Shown: piece after piece, positions 12,534 to 26,151 of the stretch | Layout of the letters: the number at the start of each line of letters is the position of its first letter | Position numbering within the stretch: the first letter of the stretch is position 1 | Source of the DNA: Peribolospora baueri | Lineage: Eukaryota | Assembly (NCBI GenBank): GCA_029717555.1 | Contig: JAMDHS010000006.1 | Location: forward strand, 1-64,000 | DNA length: 64,000 bases | Direction: 5' to 3' | Notes under the pieces: generated by a model | What the model was told of the DNA's origin: nothing | The model's input: only the letters and a program-made list of their open reading frames with translations | The model's database searches: none | Made by a program: the position numbers and the translations under genes

Positions 12534-13796
12534 CTCCTTCTCCCCCACTTTCCTTTCCTTCCGCCGGCAGGGCCGCCGTGGCCTCCGAGGATGCAGCGAG
12601 CACGGGTGGACGTACGCGGCGGCTGCTCGTTGACGTATCGAGCGTGGGCGACGTCGGCTCCCCTAAGCGACGTCCACGTGGCGCACGAGCACGATAAGAT
12701 CGCTCGCGGGGAAGCCCGTCGCGGCGCGGCGTTCCTGGTGCGACCTCGCACGTGACGCCGTCGCCCGATGACGAAGAGGGCACCGCTTGGGCCTCCGCCT
12801 CCGCTCGCCCCATCCATTGTCAAATTGGCGTCACTGCGCGGCTCCGTTTATCACATGCCATCACATGCCAATGCCGCCCGGCGACGACCGGACGCGGCCG
12901 CCTTGGTAACCATAGAACACCGTGTATCGATGGGCGCCGATCGACAAGGATCACGTGCGCGCGGGTTTCCACCTATTTCCGTTGTTCCGAATTCGCGCAC
13001 TCTTCTTCCCACGACCCGTGCCTGGGACATAAAAATAGGACGGGGGCCTTTCGCTCATTCCCCTTTCCCTCTTTCGTCCCACCACCCCGTCTGACTGCTT
13101 TTCCCGTTCGGGCAAGCTCGAGCACGGGCGGCGTCGACGTCAGTCAGACATATGAGCCCGTCCGTCCGCCGGCCACTCCCGTCGGCCCTGCTTGGGCGTG
13201 TGCCTGGGCCGGATTGGACAGGGAAAGTTGCCGCACGATCGGCTGTACCTACGTAGTTGCTGCATCACCTGCCCCTTCTCGACCTGTCTCGTCCAATCCA
13301 GGCGAGCTCCATCAAAACCATGCTCATCGAGTGGTTTCGGACTGTCCGTCAGTCGGAGCCGAGGCTGAACCTTCCTCTCGCTTGTCCGCCGTATGTGCGT
13401 CAAGGGCGGTCGGATAGATGGATGGATGGATGGATGGAGAGAGGGAGAGAAGGGAAACCAGAGACAAGCAGCCTTGCTGGCCAATCCGAGTCGTCTCCGT
13501 TTTCTTTCGCCCGCTTTCCTCCTCTTTTCCTTTCTTTTTCCCTTCCCCAGCCCACTGCCCTCCTCTCTTCTCCCTCTCCATCCCACAGCCCTCCGCCACC
13601 TTTGCCAACCCTTCATTAGGGGTGGCCCTTGGCCCTCCTCGTACGCTCATCCTCCCCATCCCCATCCTCGTCCTCCTCTCCTCTTCCTCCTCCTCCTCCT
13701 CCTCCGCCTCCTCCTCCTCCTCTCACTCCCTCTTCCCTCTCGCCCTCCGTAGCGTTCGGCCGACCGACCCCGGTCGAGGATCTACATCTTGCCAAC

Positions 13797-15411
13797 ATGG
13801 CCGACTCGCCTGCTAACCTCCAGCTTGTCGACGTTGACCGCGGCCAGTCCTCCGCCGCACCCGCAAGGGCGTCCAACCTGCCCAGGACGGGCACCAACGT
13901 CTCCCGGGTCCCCATCGAGTTCCGCACGCTCTCCATCCAGATCTCGGACTCGCACGCCGTCGACCAGGCCGCCCGCAAGAGAAAGGGTCGCAAGGGAGGC
14001 GCCGAGGACGACCCGGAGTACTTCCAGAAGATCGACTTTCACAAGCTTGGTGCCCCCCAGGTCTGCCAGCAGCTCAACGTCGCCCCAGACCGCGGTCTCG
14101 ACGTCGAGGTGGCCGCCAGGCGGCTGCAGCGTAACGGCAAGAACACCATCGCCACGCACCGGGAGAACTACATCAAGAAGCTCCTCCAATACATCTTCGG
14201 CGGCTTCTGCTCCATCCTCTGGGTCGGCGTCGTCATCTTCTTCATCTGCTGGCGTCCCCTCAGCAACCCTCCATCGGCCACCAACCTCGCCCTCGCCATC
14301 CTCGTCATCCTCGTCATCTTCCTCCAGGCCCTCTTCTCCGCCTTTCAGGACTGGTCGACGAAAAAGGTGATGAACTCGATCCTCGATCTCCTCCCCTCCG
14401 AGTGTGTCGTCATCCGTGACGGCGAGTCGACCAAGATCCCCTCCACCGACATCGTCGTCGGCGACATCGTCCAGCTCTCCTCCGGCAACAAGGTACCCGC
14501 GGACGCCCGGCTGATCGAAATGTCCGGCGACGTCCGCTTCGATCGCTCCATCCTCACCGGCGAGGCAGAGGAGATTGCCGGGGCAATCGACATGACGGAC
14601 GACAACTTCCTCGAGACGAGGAACGTCGCGCTGATGGGCACACACGTTACCAACGGCACCGCCAGGGCCGTCGTCCTCCTCACCGGCTCCAAGACGGTCA
14701 TGGGCCGCATCTCTAAGCTCACCAACAACACGAAGGTCGCGGCCACCCTCATCCAGCGCGAGATCTCGCGGTTTGTCAAGATCATCATCGTCCTCACCGT
14801 CCTCCTCGCCTCTTCCATCCTCTTCGTCTGGGTCGGCTGGCTCCGCGTCGACCACTATGACTTTATCAACGTCACCGGCATGCTCGACAATGTCATGGGC
14901 TGCGTCGTCGCCTTCATTCCCGAGGGCATGCCCGTTGCCGTCGCCCTCACCCTCTCCCTAGTCGCCCGCCGCATGAAGGCCGCCAACGTGCTCCCCAAGT
15001 CGCTCTCCACCGTCGAAACGCTCGGCTGCGTCAACGTCATCTGCTCCGACAAGACCGGCACCCTGACGCGCAACCAGATGTCCGTCGCCTCGGTCGGCTT
15101 TGTCGACGGCGAGGTCGCCGTCACCGACATCGCCCCGCAAGCCGCCCAAGGCCGTTCGCCGTTCCGCACGCTTCAGCGCGCCGTCGTGCTCTGCAACAAC
15201 GCCGCCTTCGATCCCGCCACGAAGGACCTGCCGATCGCCCAGCGCAAGGTGAACGGCGACGCCACCGACACCGCCGCACTGTGTTTCGCCGAGGGTCTCG
15301 GTGGCGCCGACGACATTCGCAAGGCCAACGCCCAGGTCTTCCAGATCCCGTTCAACTCGAAGAACAAGTGGATGATGACTCTGTTCGACGGCGACGGGGC
15401 CAAGCCTGTCA

Positions 15412-15451
<40 letters not shown>

Positions 15452-17093
15452 CGACATGGATCAGAAGCGCTCCCCTTACCGCATGTACGTCAAGGGCGCG
15501 CCCGACGTCCTCGTCCCGCGCTGCACCTCCTACTGGTCCGTCGTCGACGATGAGATTCGGCCGTTTGACGAGCACGCCAAGGCGCGCCTCGTCGCCCTCC
15601 AGTCCCAGTGGTCGAGAGGCGGTCAGCGTGTGATCCTGCTGTGCACGCGCGAATACGTCGCCTTTGAGCCCGTCGGGTCCAACGCGTTTGGCGAAGAGAT
15701 GGTCGAGCACGGCCTCACCGATCTGACCATCATCGGCCTCTTGGGCATCATGGACCCGCCTCGGCCGGAGATCGTGCACACCGTCGCCGAATGCCGTCGC
15801 GCCGGCGCCCGCTTCTTCATGGTCACCGGCGATTTTGGCCTCACCGCCGCGGCCATCGCCAAGCAGACCGGCATCTTCACGGGAGAGGCCGAACCCGACT
15901 TTTACGACGACATCAACAAACGCGCTCGTTACGCCGGCGCCGGCGCCGGCCACAAGGAAGGCGGCTCGGCCGATGGTGAGGGCTCCAAAGGGACGACGGA
16001 GGAAGAGCCTTTCCTCCCCTACAGCCTGGTGCTCGAGGGTAAGGACATGGTCAAGCTCACCGACGATCAGTGGGACACGGTGTGCCGTTACCACGAGATC
16101 GTGTTCGCGCGCACGACGCCGGAGCAGAAGCTCAAGATCGTCAACGAGCTCAAGGACCGCGGCAACGTGGTGGCGGTCACCGGCGACGGTGTCAACGACG
16201 CGCCAGCGCTCAAGGCCGCCGACGTGGGCATCGCCATCGTCACCGGCAGCGACGTGGCCATCGAGGCGGCCGACCTCGTGCTCCTCGGCTCTTTCGCGTC
16301 GATCACCGACGGCATCCGTCTCGGTCGCCTCGTGTTCCAGAACTTGCAAAAGGTCATCGGATACCTACTCCCCGCCGGCAGTTGGTCCGAAATCTGGCCC
16401 GTGCTCCTCAACGTCTTCTTCGGCGTCCCCCTCCCGCTCTCGTCCTTCCTCATGATCGTCATCTGCTGCTTCACCGACCTCGCGCCTTGCCTGTCGCTCA
16501 TCATGGAGAAGGAAGAGTTCGACCTGCTCACGCTCCCGCCGCGCGACTCTAAACGGGACCACCTGATCAACGCTCGCATATACACCCAGTCGTACCTCTT
16601 CGTCGGCGTCATGGAGACTATCGTGGCGCACAGCATGTTCTTCTTCTACATGTGGAAGCACGCCGGCATCCCGGTGAACGCCCTCTTCTTCGCCTTTGGC
16701 AAGTACTCCGACGGCTTCTACGGACACACCGCCGACGAGCTCACCTTGTACAACAACACGGGTCAGTGCGTCTACTTCGTCACCCTCGTCATCCTCCAAT
16801 GGGGCAACCTGCTCTCCATCCGCAACAAGCGCCTCTCCATCCTCCAGGCCGACCCCTTCCGCCCGCAGAGGCGCAATCCCTGGCTCTTCCTTGGCGCTCT
16901 CTTCTCCTTCGTCACCGCCATCTTCGTCACAGAGGTATCGGGGATCAATTCGCTGTTCAACACCGCTCCCGTGCCCATCGAGTTTTGGCTCATTCCCCTC
17001 CCGCTCGCCCTTGGCATCCTCGTCATCGACGAGGTGCGCAAGCTCGTTGTGCGCACTTGGCCCAAGGGTCCCATCGCCCGCATCGCTTGGTAG
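13797..17093 (+). CDS. Intronless P-type cation ATPase, Na/K-ATPase-related fungal ACU-like type
   Basis: [63 protein letters not shown]; first ATG at 13797 within the 13629 ORF. Confidence 0.9.
15414..15449 (+). repeat. (GAC)12 coding microsatellite giving poly-Asp in the ATPase N-domain
   Basis: Read directly; in frame. Confidence 0.95.
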
Positions 17094-17786
17094 ACGGCGG
17101 CGGCCCCCTGTCGCATCCGCCCCTTTCCCCCCTTTGTCCCCCTTACCCTTACCCCCTTTTCGTCCTTCATAGTAGACCGAGCGAGGCGGCGTCACGCGTG
17201 TCTCATCGAAGGCGCGCTTCGTCGCCCGGCCTAGCTTCCATAAGACAGTCCGGCCCGGCCGTCGGTCGGGTCAGCCCAGTCTCTTGATGATCTTGTTTTG
17301 TTGTAAAGCCCCAAAGCTCCGGCTCGTTCGCCGGGTGATGAACCATGTTACGTATGTACACTTGACGGCTACAGTAGATGAAAGTCGGACTTTAATAGTA
17401 TCAACGTGCACCCTTTCTTTACCTGTCCCTCGCGCAGGGATCCACAGTAGCTAGCTAGTTGGGGCTTGGAATGGGTTTTTACATGCGGTGCGGACGTCCG
17501 CGCGGAACAAGGTTGCACACGACCATATCTGACAAGTCGATGCCAGTCAGTCCAGTCCGACTCGGCGGTCGTCCGTCCACCTTCTCCGCAATTTCCGCCC
17601 CTCGATCACTGACAGACACACTCCTCCGTTCCTCCGTACTTCGTCTCACCTCTTCTCCAACCCGCTCCTCCTCCTCTTTCCTTCCTTCCCCCTTCTTACC
17701 TCCCTCCCTCGGAACGCCAGCTCGCTCAAAGACGATACACACCTCCAGCTCCAGCTCCAGCTCCAGCTCCAACTCTCCGATTGACC

Positions 17787-20092
17787 ATGCCGAAGACCGT
17801 TCTCTGCTCTTTCGGCGTCGACGTCGACGCCGTCGCCGGATGGTGAGCTAAGCGTCCGAGCGAGCGAGCGAAGCAGCCAGCTCTCCCTCCCTCGCTCGCC
17901 CTCCCTCGCGCGCACTCAACTCTTTTCTTCTGACTCCACGTCCGTCCACGTTTACGTCCACGTCCATCTCCACGTCCACGTTTTAGGCTCGGCTCTTATG
18001 GTGGTGAAGACAGCCCGGGGGACATTAGCCGCGTGAGTTGGCGAGCGCCGACCGAACGGCCCCTTCCCGTTCGTCCGGACCAGACCGACGTCCGAGTGCC
18101 CTGTTTTCTTCGTTCGCTCATGCTCTTGCTCATGCTCATGCTCCACTCGAATCGACCTGCTCGTCTCGTCTCGTCAGGGCATGTTTGCCGGCGAGGTGGG
18201 CGTCCCGCGCTTGCTCAAGCTGTTCGACAAGTTCGGCATGAAGACCACCTGGTTCGTACCTGGTGAGTCCCTCCGTCCCTTCGCTGCTCTCTGCGATCGA
18301 CGCCTGACCTGCTAGGCTTACCGTCTCCGACGCTTCCCCGACCCTGCCCGTCTCAGGCCACAGCCTCGAGACATTCCCGGAGCAAATGGCGGCGGTCCGG
18401 GACGCGGGACACGAGTTGTGAGTCGAGCCGCCCTGGCCTACGTGCAGTCTCGTCCGCCGGGTTGAGGATGGTCTGCGCCGCGGTTCTTGAAGGACCTTTG
18501 AGACATGCTCTGACGACTTGTTCTTTTTATTCCGCTTGCCGATTACCTCTCCAAGCGGCCTCCATGGCTATTCTCATGAGGTGTGCCCTTCGCCCTTCGC
18601 CGCACTCTTACAAAGGTCCGCCAGTGTCCCTCGCCTCTGAACCTCCGAAACCCCACCCCCTTCCCCTCCAGAACCCGACGGCCATGTCGCTGGATCAACA
18701 GCGTGACATCCTATTGCACACACACAAGATGCTCACCGACTTTTGCGGACACTCCCCTAAAGGGCGAGACCCCTGTGTGCGCTTTCTTCTGTCGCGTCCT
18801 CACTCAACCTGGCTGACGTCCACACTCGTCTGTTTTTTCTGGCCTCTCATAGCCAGGTCGCGCCTTGGTGGGAGACGTCCAAAGAGCAGTGCGAGCTCCT
18901 GCTAGACCTCGGCATTGAGTACGGTGAGACAGACACAATGATCCACGTCCGTGAGCGTGTCCGCGCCTGTCGATGCTCACACAATACAACGGCGCTGGCG
19001 TTTGTATTGTGCCCAGACCATTCTTCCATGGCGCACGATTGCAAGGCGTACTACTTAAGAGATGAAGACAAGTGGCACAAGGCATGTCGCTTCACTCACC
19101 TCTCCTCGTTTCATCTGCACCCTAACGTTTGGACTCTCCCTACCCTGGCTGACATGGCCATCGTTGGACGCTATTCGTATCCGGGATAAATGTGTGTACT
19201 CCGGATAGATCGACTACTCGGCCAAAGCGGAGACGTGGATGAAGCCGCTTCAGAGGGGGAACGAAACGGGCATGGTGGAAATCCCGGCCAACTGGTGCGC
19301 GCTTTTTCTTTCCTTCCGCCGATCTGCATCGGTCCGCCGCCATCCTCCATTTCGCCATGCTGACGCGCCGTCTATGGTTTGCTCATATCGCCTTTATCCT
19401 TTCCCGTACAGGTACCTCGATGACCTTCCACCCCTCATGTTCAGTGCGTGATACCTCTTCTTGAGCTCACCCTGTCTTGACTTTTGTTCCGCTTACGCAA
19501 TTCGTCTTTGACGCCTTTCGTAATGCTCACCTCTCCGTATTCCTCGCGCGCTCGTTCGTTTCACGCCTCTGTCATTCCCCCTTTTTGCGTCATCACAGTT
19601 AAAAAGGCACCGAACAGTCACGGATGGGTGGACGTGCGCTCGGTGGAGCAAATGTGGAAGGACCACTTTGAATATTTTTACAAGTGAGTCTCCGTAGTCG
19701 CGGCAGGATCGCGATCGGCCCTCGGAGGTGGTCTCGTCGTGACGCTCTTCTCTCTGCTCTTTTGACAGCGAGGAAGAAGGTACCATCTACTTCCCTATCA
19801 CCATCCACCCCGACGTTTCCGGGTAAGTCGCGCACAAAACCAGCCGTCACTTCTTCTTCTTCCCCAGTCGAAAACTCTCTGATCGCCCACTCCCCCCCCA
19901 CATCGCTTTCGCATTTCCTTCCCCGCCCATTTCAGCCGTCCACACGTGCTGCTGATGCTCGAGCGGTTCATCAAGTGGGTGAACGAGCACGAAGGCGTCA
20001 AGTGGGTGACGATGCATGAGATGGCGCAGCAGTTTAGAAAGGAGGAGAAACCGAAGACGGGAGCTAAGATGCCCAAGGGCTACAAGGAGTAA
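17787..20092 (+). CDS. CE4 polysaccharide deacetylase (PuuE/HpPgdA-like), multi-exon, no signal peptide
   Basis: [75 protein letters not shown]. Confidence 0.92.
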
Positions 20093-20429
20093 GAAATGCT
20101 GTTCAGCTTTGGGCACGGTTAGGTTAGGTGTTTGATGACGGGTGGGAGGTATGGAACGGTTAAACCAGGACGCCGACGCCGTTTTTGTCGGGAGGAAATT
20201 TATAACAAACATCATCATCTTGTTTGACCGAGTGAGAAACCAGTGTTCGCCGCCGACATGTGGCCAGGGGACCAGAGCTGAGACGCGAACACGACGGGGA
20301 CCGGTCTAATTGCCTCGCGTCACCACCACGCACCTCACCCCATTTATGGAGTCCTAACTCGTATGCAGACGAACGTCAAAACATAGCGTCGACATTCTCT
20401 CGCCCCGTGACTCGCTGCCAGCCCCTGAT

Positions 20430-23400
20430 TTACAGCGACATCGTGACCTGACGACCCGACGAATTTTTAGAACAGCAAGCCGAGCTTGTTAGTTATCGGC
20501 TGAGAGCAAAGAAGCAAAGAAACAAGGCCGAGCGACAACACCGAGGCCTCCACTCACCGTCAACGTTTTCGCGTGGACGCCCAAGACGGGCGGGCCGTCT
20601 CTGTAGAGGCTGTGTAGCTGTTCTAGGTATCGTCTACTTCGGACCGGATCGTCCGCCGTGCCCTGTTCCGCCGCAGGAAGGGAGGTGATTATAACCGACG
20701 TGTCCTTGTCGCTGTGTATCCTGAAAAGCTCGCTTTAGGCGTGATAGATTCACGAACGAGTGAGATAATGTCAGTCGGTCAAAAAAATCGAAAGGTTAGG
20801 GCGAAACTTGTGCGCGTGCGAGCGAACATGTCCACACTCACTTGATGATGACGTACTGTGCCCTATTCGGGAGGTCGTTGAACTCGATGCGCGGCCTGTC
20901 CAAATCTATGGTGCTCGAAGGTCTGCCGCCGGGCGCACCATCTACGGGCGAAGAGGGGCGGGAGGGCGAAGCGGCCGCTGAAGCTGGACCGCGTGAGGGA
21001 CCTCGAGAAGACGGCCGAGACCGGTGAACGGAGGCTGTGGAGGAGAGGTTGCGAATCAACTTGGGGCGTGAAGGCGTTCGCTCCGAGTCTGAGACTACGG
21101 GTGTATGAGGCACGAGGCGGGGGGACGATGGGACAGAGGCGTCCGGTCCAGACTTCTGCTTGCGCTTGCCGCGCATTCGAGATGTGCTCGCCTGTGCGGC
21201 TTGCGGATGATGGTCCTCTTCTTGGTCAGAGAGGTAGTAGTCGCTCGACGAATGAAGCGAAGAGACGCTGTGCGCTCGCGAGGGGGGTCGCGACGGACCG
21301 TCACAGCCCTCCTCTCGCACTGTCTCCTCGATCCTGGAACCTCGGACGGTTTCGAGAGTGGGGCGAGCCTCCAACGACCTGGAAGGCATGCTCATCGTCC
21401 TCATGGTATGATCAGGGAGGTCCGACCCACCGAAAGAGACCGTTCTTCGCCGCATGCGCTTCGAGTAGAGCCCGCCGGTCCCATATGTCGCGCTTCTCTT
21501 CAGTTTTCCTCCTCCTCCACTCGCATAACCACCGTCAAGCCACTCCTCATCGTCATCCTCTCCTAGACGGCCCAAACTAGCCTCAAGCTCGTCGCTTTCG
21601 CTGTCGGACCAATCCGTCTCGCTGTCGGATGAATCCGAAAGACGCAGCCGTGCTCGAGGGTGAGCGAGGCCGATTCGGACATTGCGTCGGTAGAATTCGA
21701 GGTGGTCCTTTGGTAGGGAGACGCCATACAGCTGCGTCTCTCTCTTGGAGGGAGTGGCAGCATGTGTGGTGGCCTTGGCTCGGCGCGGACGGGAAGTTTC
21801 GGTAAATGTCCGCCGCCACTCGTCGCGTCGAAGTCGCTTGAGTCCCTCCCACCACGGATCGCCACCAAGCGCTTCCTCAACGTGGGCGATGTCTGCGGGG
21901 GCAATGTCTCGACCGTGCACGATGCACTCGTAGCTGGTCACCTGTCCATCCCAGAGATGTAGCACTCGGAGCTCGGCGCGGATGCGAAGGTTATCGAGGA
22001 GCGCCTTCACGCGGCGTCTGCACATGCGGGGTGGTATTTGCCATAGTGAGTCCACCGTCCACCCATACCAAATAGCTGATAAAGCGACGAAAGCGACGAA
22101 GCTCACCTTTCCTCCTTGATGTCGTCAGGGTTTTCCACAAACACAGAAACGCGCAGGGCATGTCCTTTCCAGCTCGGCGTCATGCTCAAGATGGTGCCGA
22201 GCTGAAGGACGAGCGTGTACGTGTCCCAAGCATGCGAAGGGCCGTCCTCCGCATCCATGATCTGAATCGGCCACAGGTCAATGTACTTCTGTTTTTCCCT
22301 TTCACTCGACTTTGGCCTCCGTCCGTCGCGCTTCGGAGCCATGTCCTTGAAATTGTAACCAATCGCAAGCGCCTTGCTGAGAGCAAGGGTATCCTCCATG
22401 ATGCCAACGTAGGTAGTGGCCTTGATGGGCGTCTCACGACGGCCGGAATCGGTGGGAAGCGAGGAGATATCCAAGGTCTGATGCTGATCCTCCACAGAGC
22501 TCCATCCGCCTTTGACAGTAATGTCCGACCCGTCTTCTCTGGAATGTTTTTGTTCAGGCTCCTTCGAGTGCAACCTGGTCCAAGGGAAGTCCGGGCCCAG
22601 AGATGATTTATAAGCATGCAGAGCCAATGCGTAGAGATTGGCTGCCCACTCACAACTGAAGTGGAAAGCCCATGACGACGACGTTCGGTCGCATTCCTCC
22701 GAGTCCACAGCTAAGAATCAGGTTTCTGGCGCCTTGCCTTTCATCGTCGGCTATGACCTGGAAAGGAAAGGACAAACTCGCTGCTCATGAGCACTCGAGC
22801 TATACATAGCAGTAAACACAAACAGATGGGACCCACGACGTCGACGAAAGCCTTGATGCCGGTCAAATCGACCAACTTCAACCACGCGACCTGCTGTCTT
22901 CGAAGCTCTGGCAGGCATTCTCGAAATTCCCCCTTGAGGACGTGTCCTAGGACGTAAAGAGCGCCTGGCACGAAGGCAAAAGCATCCATCAAGGACGTTG
23001 CATCAAATTTCCACCATCCACAAACGACGAGGAGAGGATCGCAACAGAAGATCACCTTTCTTCAAGCTGTTGCAGAAGATGATGAGATTCCATTCGGTCC
23101 GGGGATTGTTGGCGAGCAAAAGGATCTGCGGGCGCCAGTACTTTACGTGCGCCTTGCGCTCATCCAGCCGAAGGAGGTACTTTCTGACTTGATGATAGAT
23201 GATGTTCTGAGAGAAGTCTCCCCACTAAAATGCAAATGCCGGAAAATAACGGACCCGTAATCAATGATTATGACTGGCAGATACGAAGACGCTAAATGGT
23301 TCGATCGCACGCACCGATTTGGGCGGGGAGCTGTAGTGGATGAGCATGAACAGGAAGGCTGCAAAGAGGAGGCACACGGTGGCTGCCAGTGGGGAGGCGA

Positions 23401-25704
23401 AATACATAGCGCCTGAGAGCGGAGAAAAGGTGTAGGGGGATTAGTGATATCAACTAACTGCGCACATGGCCGTCTTTGTTGGCGCAGCGCTACTTTAACT
23501 TACTAGAACACAAAACCTGGCCAGACACGGCCGTCCAAATGTTGAAAAACCTAAAGCTTGGTCGGAAATTGGGGCTCCCTCCCGCCTTGAGCGTAAAGCA
23601 GGCGAGGTTGATGATGGCAAAGGTGAGCAGGGTGCTCATGGTGACAAGTGCGGCGATCTGGTTGATGTTGTCCGCGAAGAGGACGAACTGACAGATCACG
23701 TAGGTGACCAAGACAGCGTAGGTCGGCTCGTCAGTCTTGGAGGTGCCTTGGGAAAAGGGGCTCAACCATGGGAGGAGATTGTCGCGAGCGATGGCCTGGA
23801 GGATCTTGGAGCAAGCGACCATGCCCATGAGCGCCGAGAAAAGAGTCGATGAGAGCGCTCCGAGGGTGATGATGTGAGGCGAGATAGCCACATCTGCCAC
23901 GATGCCCGAGTCAGAGTAGAAACTCTGACGATCGATCGTGGCTGCGAGCACGATGAAGCACACGCAGTAAATGGAGAAGGTGAAGAGGAGCGCCCAATTG
24001 GTTCCCTTGGGTATGGCTGCTCAGCAAAAAGACAGAGAGTCAGATGAGTATCTGCAAGAGACAACTCTCGGCACAATCGGCTCACATTTTGACGGCTTGC
24101 GAAGGTCTCCCGACTAGGAAACGATGCGTCCATGCCGTCGGCCGGTCAGCAGAACTCGACAACAAGAGGAAACACAGTAGCTACTTACCATGCTAGCCCC
24201 TGCCAATATGCCAGTGACAGCGGGGAAGAGGACACTAAAAGTGCTCCTCCAATTCTCCGGCCTCCCTTCGAACGTACTACCGTCGGCTCCCGCGGTAAAT
24301 TGCGGCCAGAGGTTCTCGTGCAGGGTGGCCCAGGACCAACCGGTAAAATAGACGCCATGGGAGTCGTTCGAAAAGGGAGAAACTATGAACGACGAGACGG
24401 GGATAGAGAGAATAGAGAAAGCGAGGGGAAAGGACAGCAGCGAGGTGAGGCGAATAAAAAACTGGAGGCAGAATCCGACAGACGAGAAAGTCAGTCATGA
24501 AGTCGAAGCGAAAGCATGCATGTGGACACAAATGAGAACGCACTGAGGCCCCGATCAAGCACACAATCGTGCAAAGAAGCAAAACGAGCGATCCGTATGC
24601 GAACAACCACCACTGCAGAGCACAGGAAGTGCGTGGCGGATGCGGCACAAGATGAGCAAGCGTGCAAGGCATTCCAGTACGGCCGAGCGGCCAGATATGA
24701 CTCACGGGGCCCTCAGGTAACACCCCCACACTTCCACCCCTGCTCTCTCCGAAACGATCAGTGAGCGACTCGACGAAGCCGAGTACGTTCATCGCCGCGT
24801 TAAGTGCCTGGCCACAGTAAAAGATGAGGCCAATGCTGCCTCCATACTCTGGACCGAGTGAGCGAGAAATAAGGTAGTAGGCGCCTAGGCGAGTTGTCCC
24901 AATGGAGGTGAGAAGTTTAGAAGATAGGTCAGCTCGTAAAGATAGGAGCCGACTTGGGATAACGGAGAACTGACCTCCACCGCGCACTTGCCCGTTGGTA
25001 GAAATGGCGCTAACAGACAAAGTTGTGACGACGTCGATGAGATAAGAGCATGAAAGGAGGAACAAGGACCCCAATAGCCCGGCCTGACCGAGTACGAAGC
25101 CGAAGCGGAGGAAGAGAATGATACCGAGGATGTTGAGGCAAGTGGGCATGAACACCCCATTAAAGGTGCCTAATTTGCTTGGCGGAGGTGCCGTCCCCGC
25201 GCCCGAACCAGCACCCGCACCGGCGAGGCCGCCACTGAGGGCTGACGCTGAGGGCGACACGAAGGAGGGTTGGTCTGTGGTGAAGCGCACGCCAGACTTG
25301 TTGCTACTGCCGTCGTAACCTCGCTCTTGACAACCTCGCTGGCCCACGGATGCGCCCCGTACCGCTGATTCGCGAAATGCAGACGCGGAGGGGAGGTTTA
25401 ATTGCGGAGACTCGTAATAAGTGATGGTGTGCTCCAGCTCCGGGCCACGTCCCGTCCCGTTCGCCTCCGTATCCCTTTGCCTTCCCCAGCTCCAAGTCCA
25501 CCGTTTGCTTCCGCCTCTGCCGCCTCTCCAACCCCCATCAGCCCCTTCCCCCGTACTCGAGCCCGTACCGGTAGCGCCATAATGTCGCACCCTCCTCGCC
25601 TCCAGTCCGTCTCGCTCCCCAGGCGGGGGGTCGGGCTCGCGGCGGAGGAGCTGGGCGGTGAGGCCGTCGAGGGACGAGCCGGCGCGAGCGAGAAAGTGGG
25701 ACAT
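20430..25704 (-). CDS. SLC12 cation-chloride cotransporter (Vhc1-like), multi-exon
   Basis: [85 protein letters not shown]; final exon VTMSL*. Confidence 0.9.
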
Positions 25705-26151
25705 TCTAGTCGGCTCCAATTATTATTGTTCTCCTCGTGATCTGATCAAGCTTGTGTATGAGGTAGTGGGTTGTGGGACAAGTCGGCGCCGATGGACGGG
25801 TGACTTGCTAGCCGCTCGAGCTGGCTGAAGGACGCCTAACGATAGGTAGTATGCTGCGTCGTTGGTCGTGGTCGTGGTCGTGGTCGTCGAAGAGGTCATA
25901 AATTCATGTTCGTGGTTACAAGCAAGATTACCTTAAGATGGATATGGAGATGACGGTGAATCTGAAGTTGGGAACGTCATTCTTGCAACTTTCGGAGCGC
26001 CCATAATCACCTGCCCATTAACGGCCACGTGGTCGAGGGTGGCGGCTAGGCGCGGCGTTAAGCGCGGCAGCTGCCGGGGACCTCTCCGACGAGCGAACGC
26101 TCCTGACGACCAACGACGACGACTCACCCTGCTCAGCTAGCCTCGCGCAAA

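Noticed and set aside
13782..17195. Long antisense ORFs (357, 463 and 276 aa) opposite the P-type ATPase
   Set aside because: Shadow ORFs caused by high GC3 codon bias; no recognisable motifs
20116..20128. TTAGG repeats as an interstitial telomere or telomerase template
   Set aside because: Only two units and not TTAGGG; no template-like context
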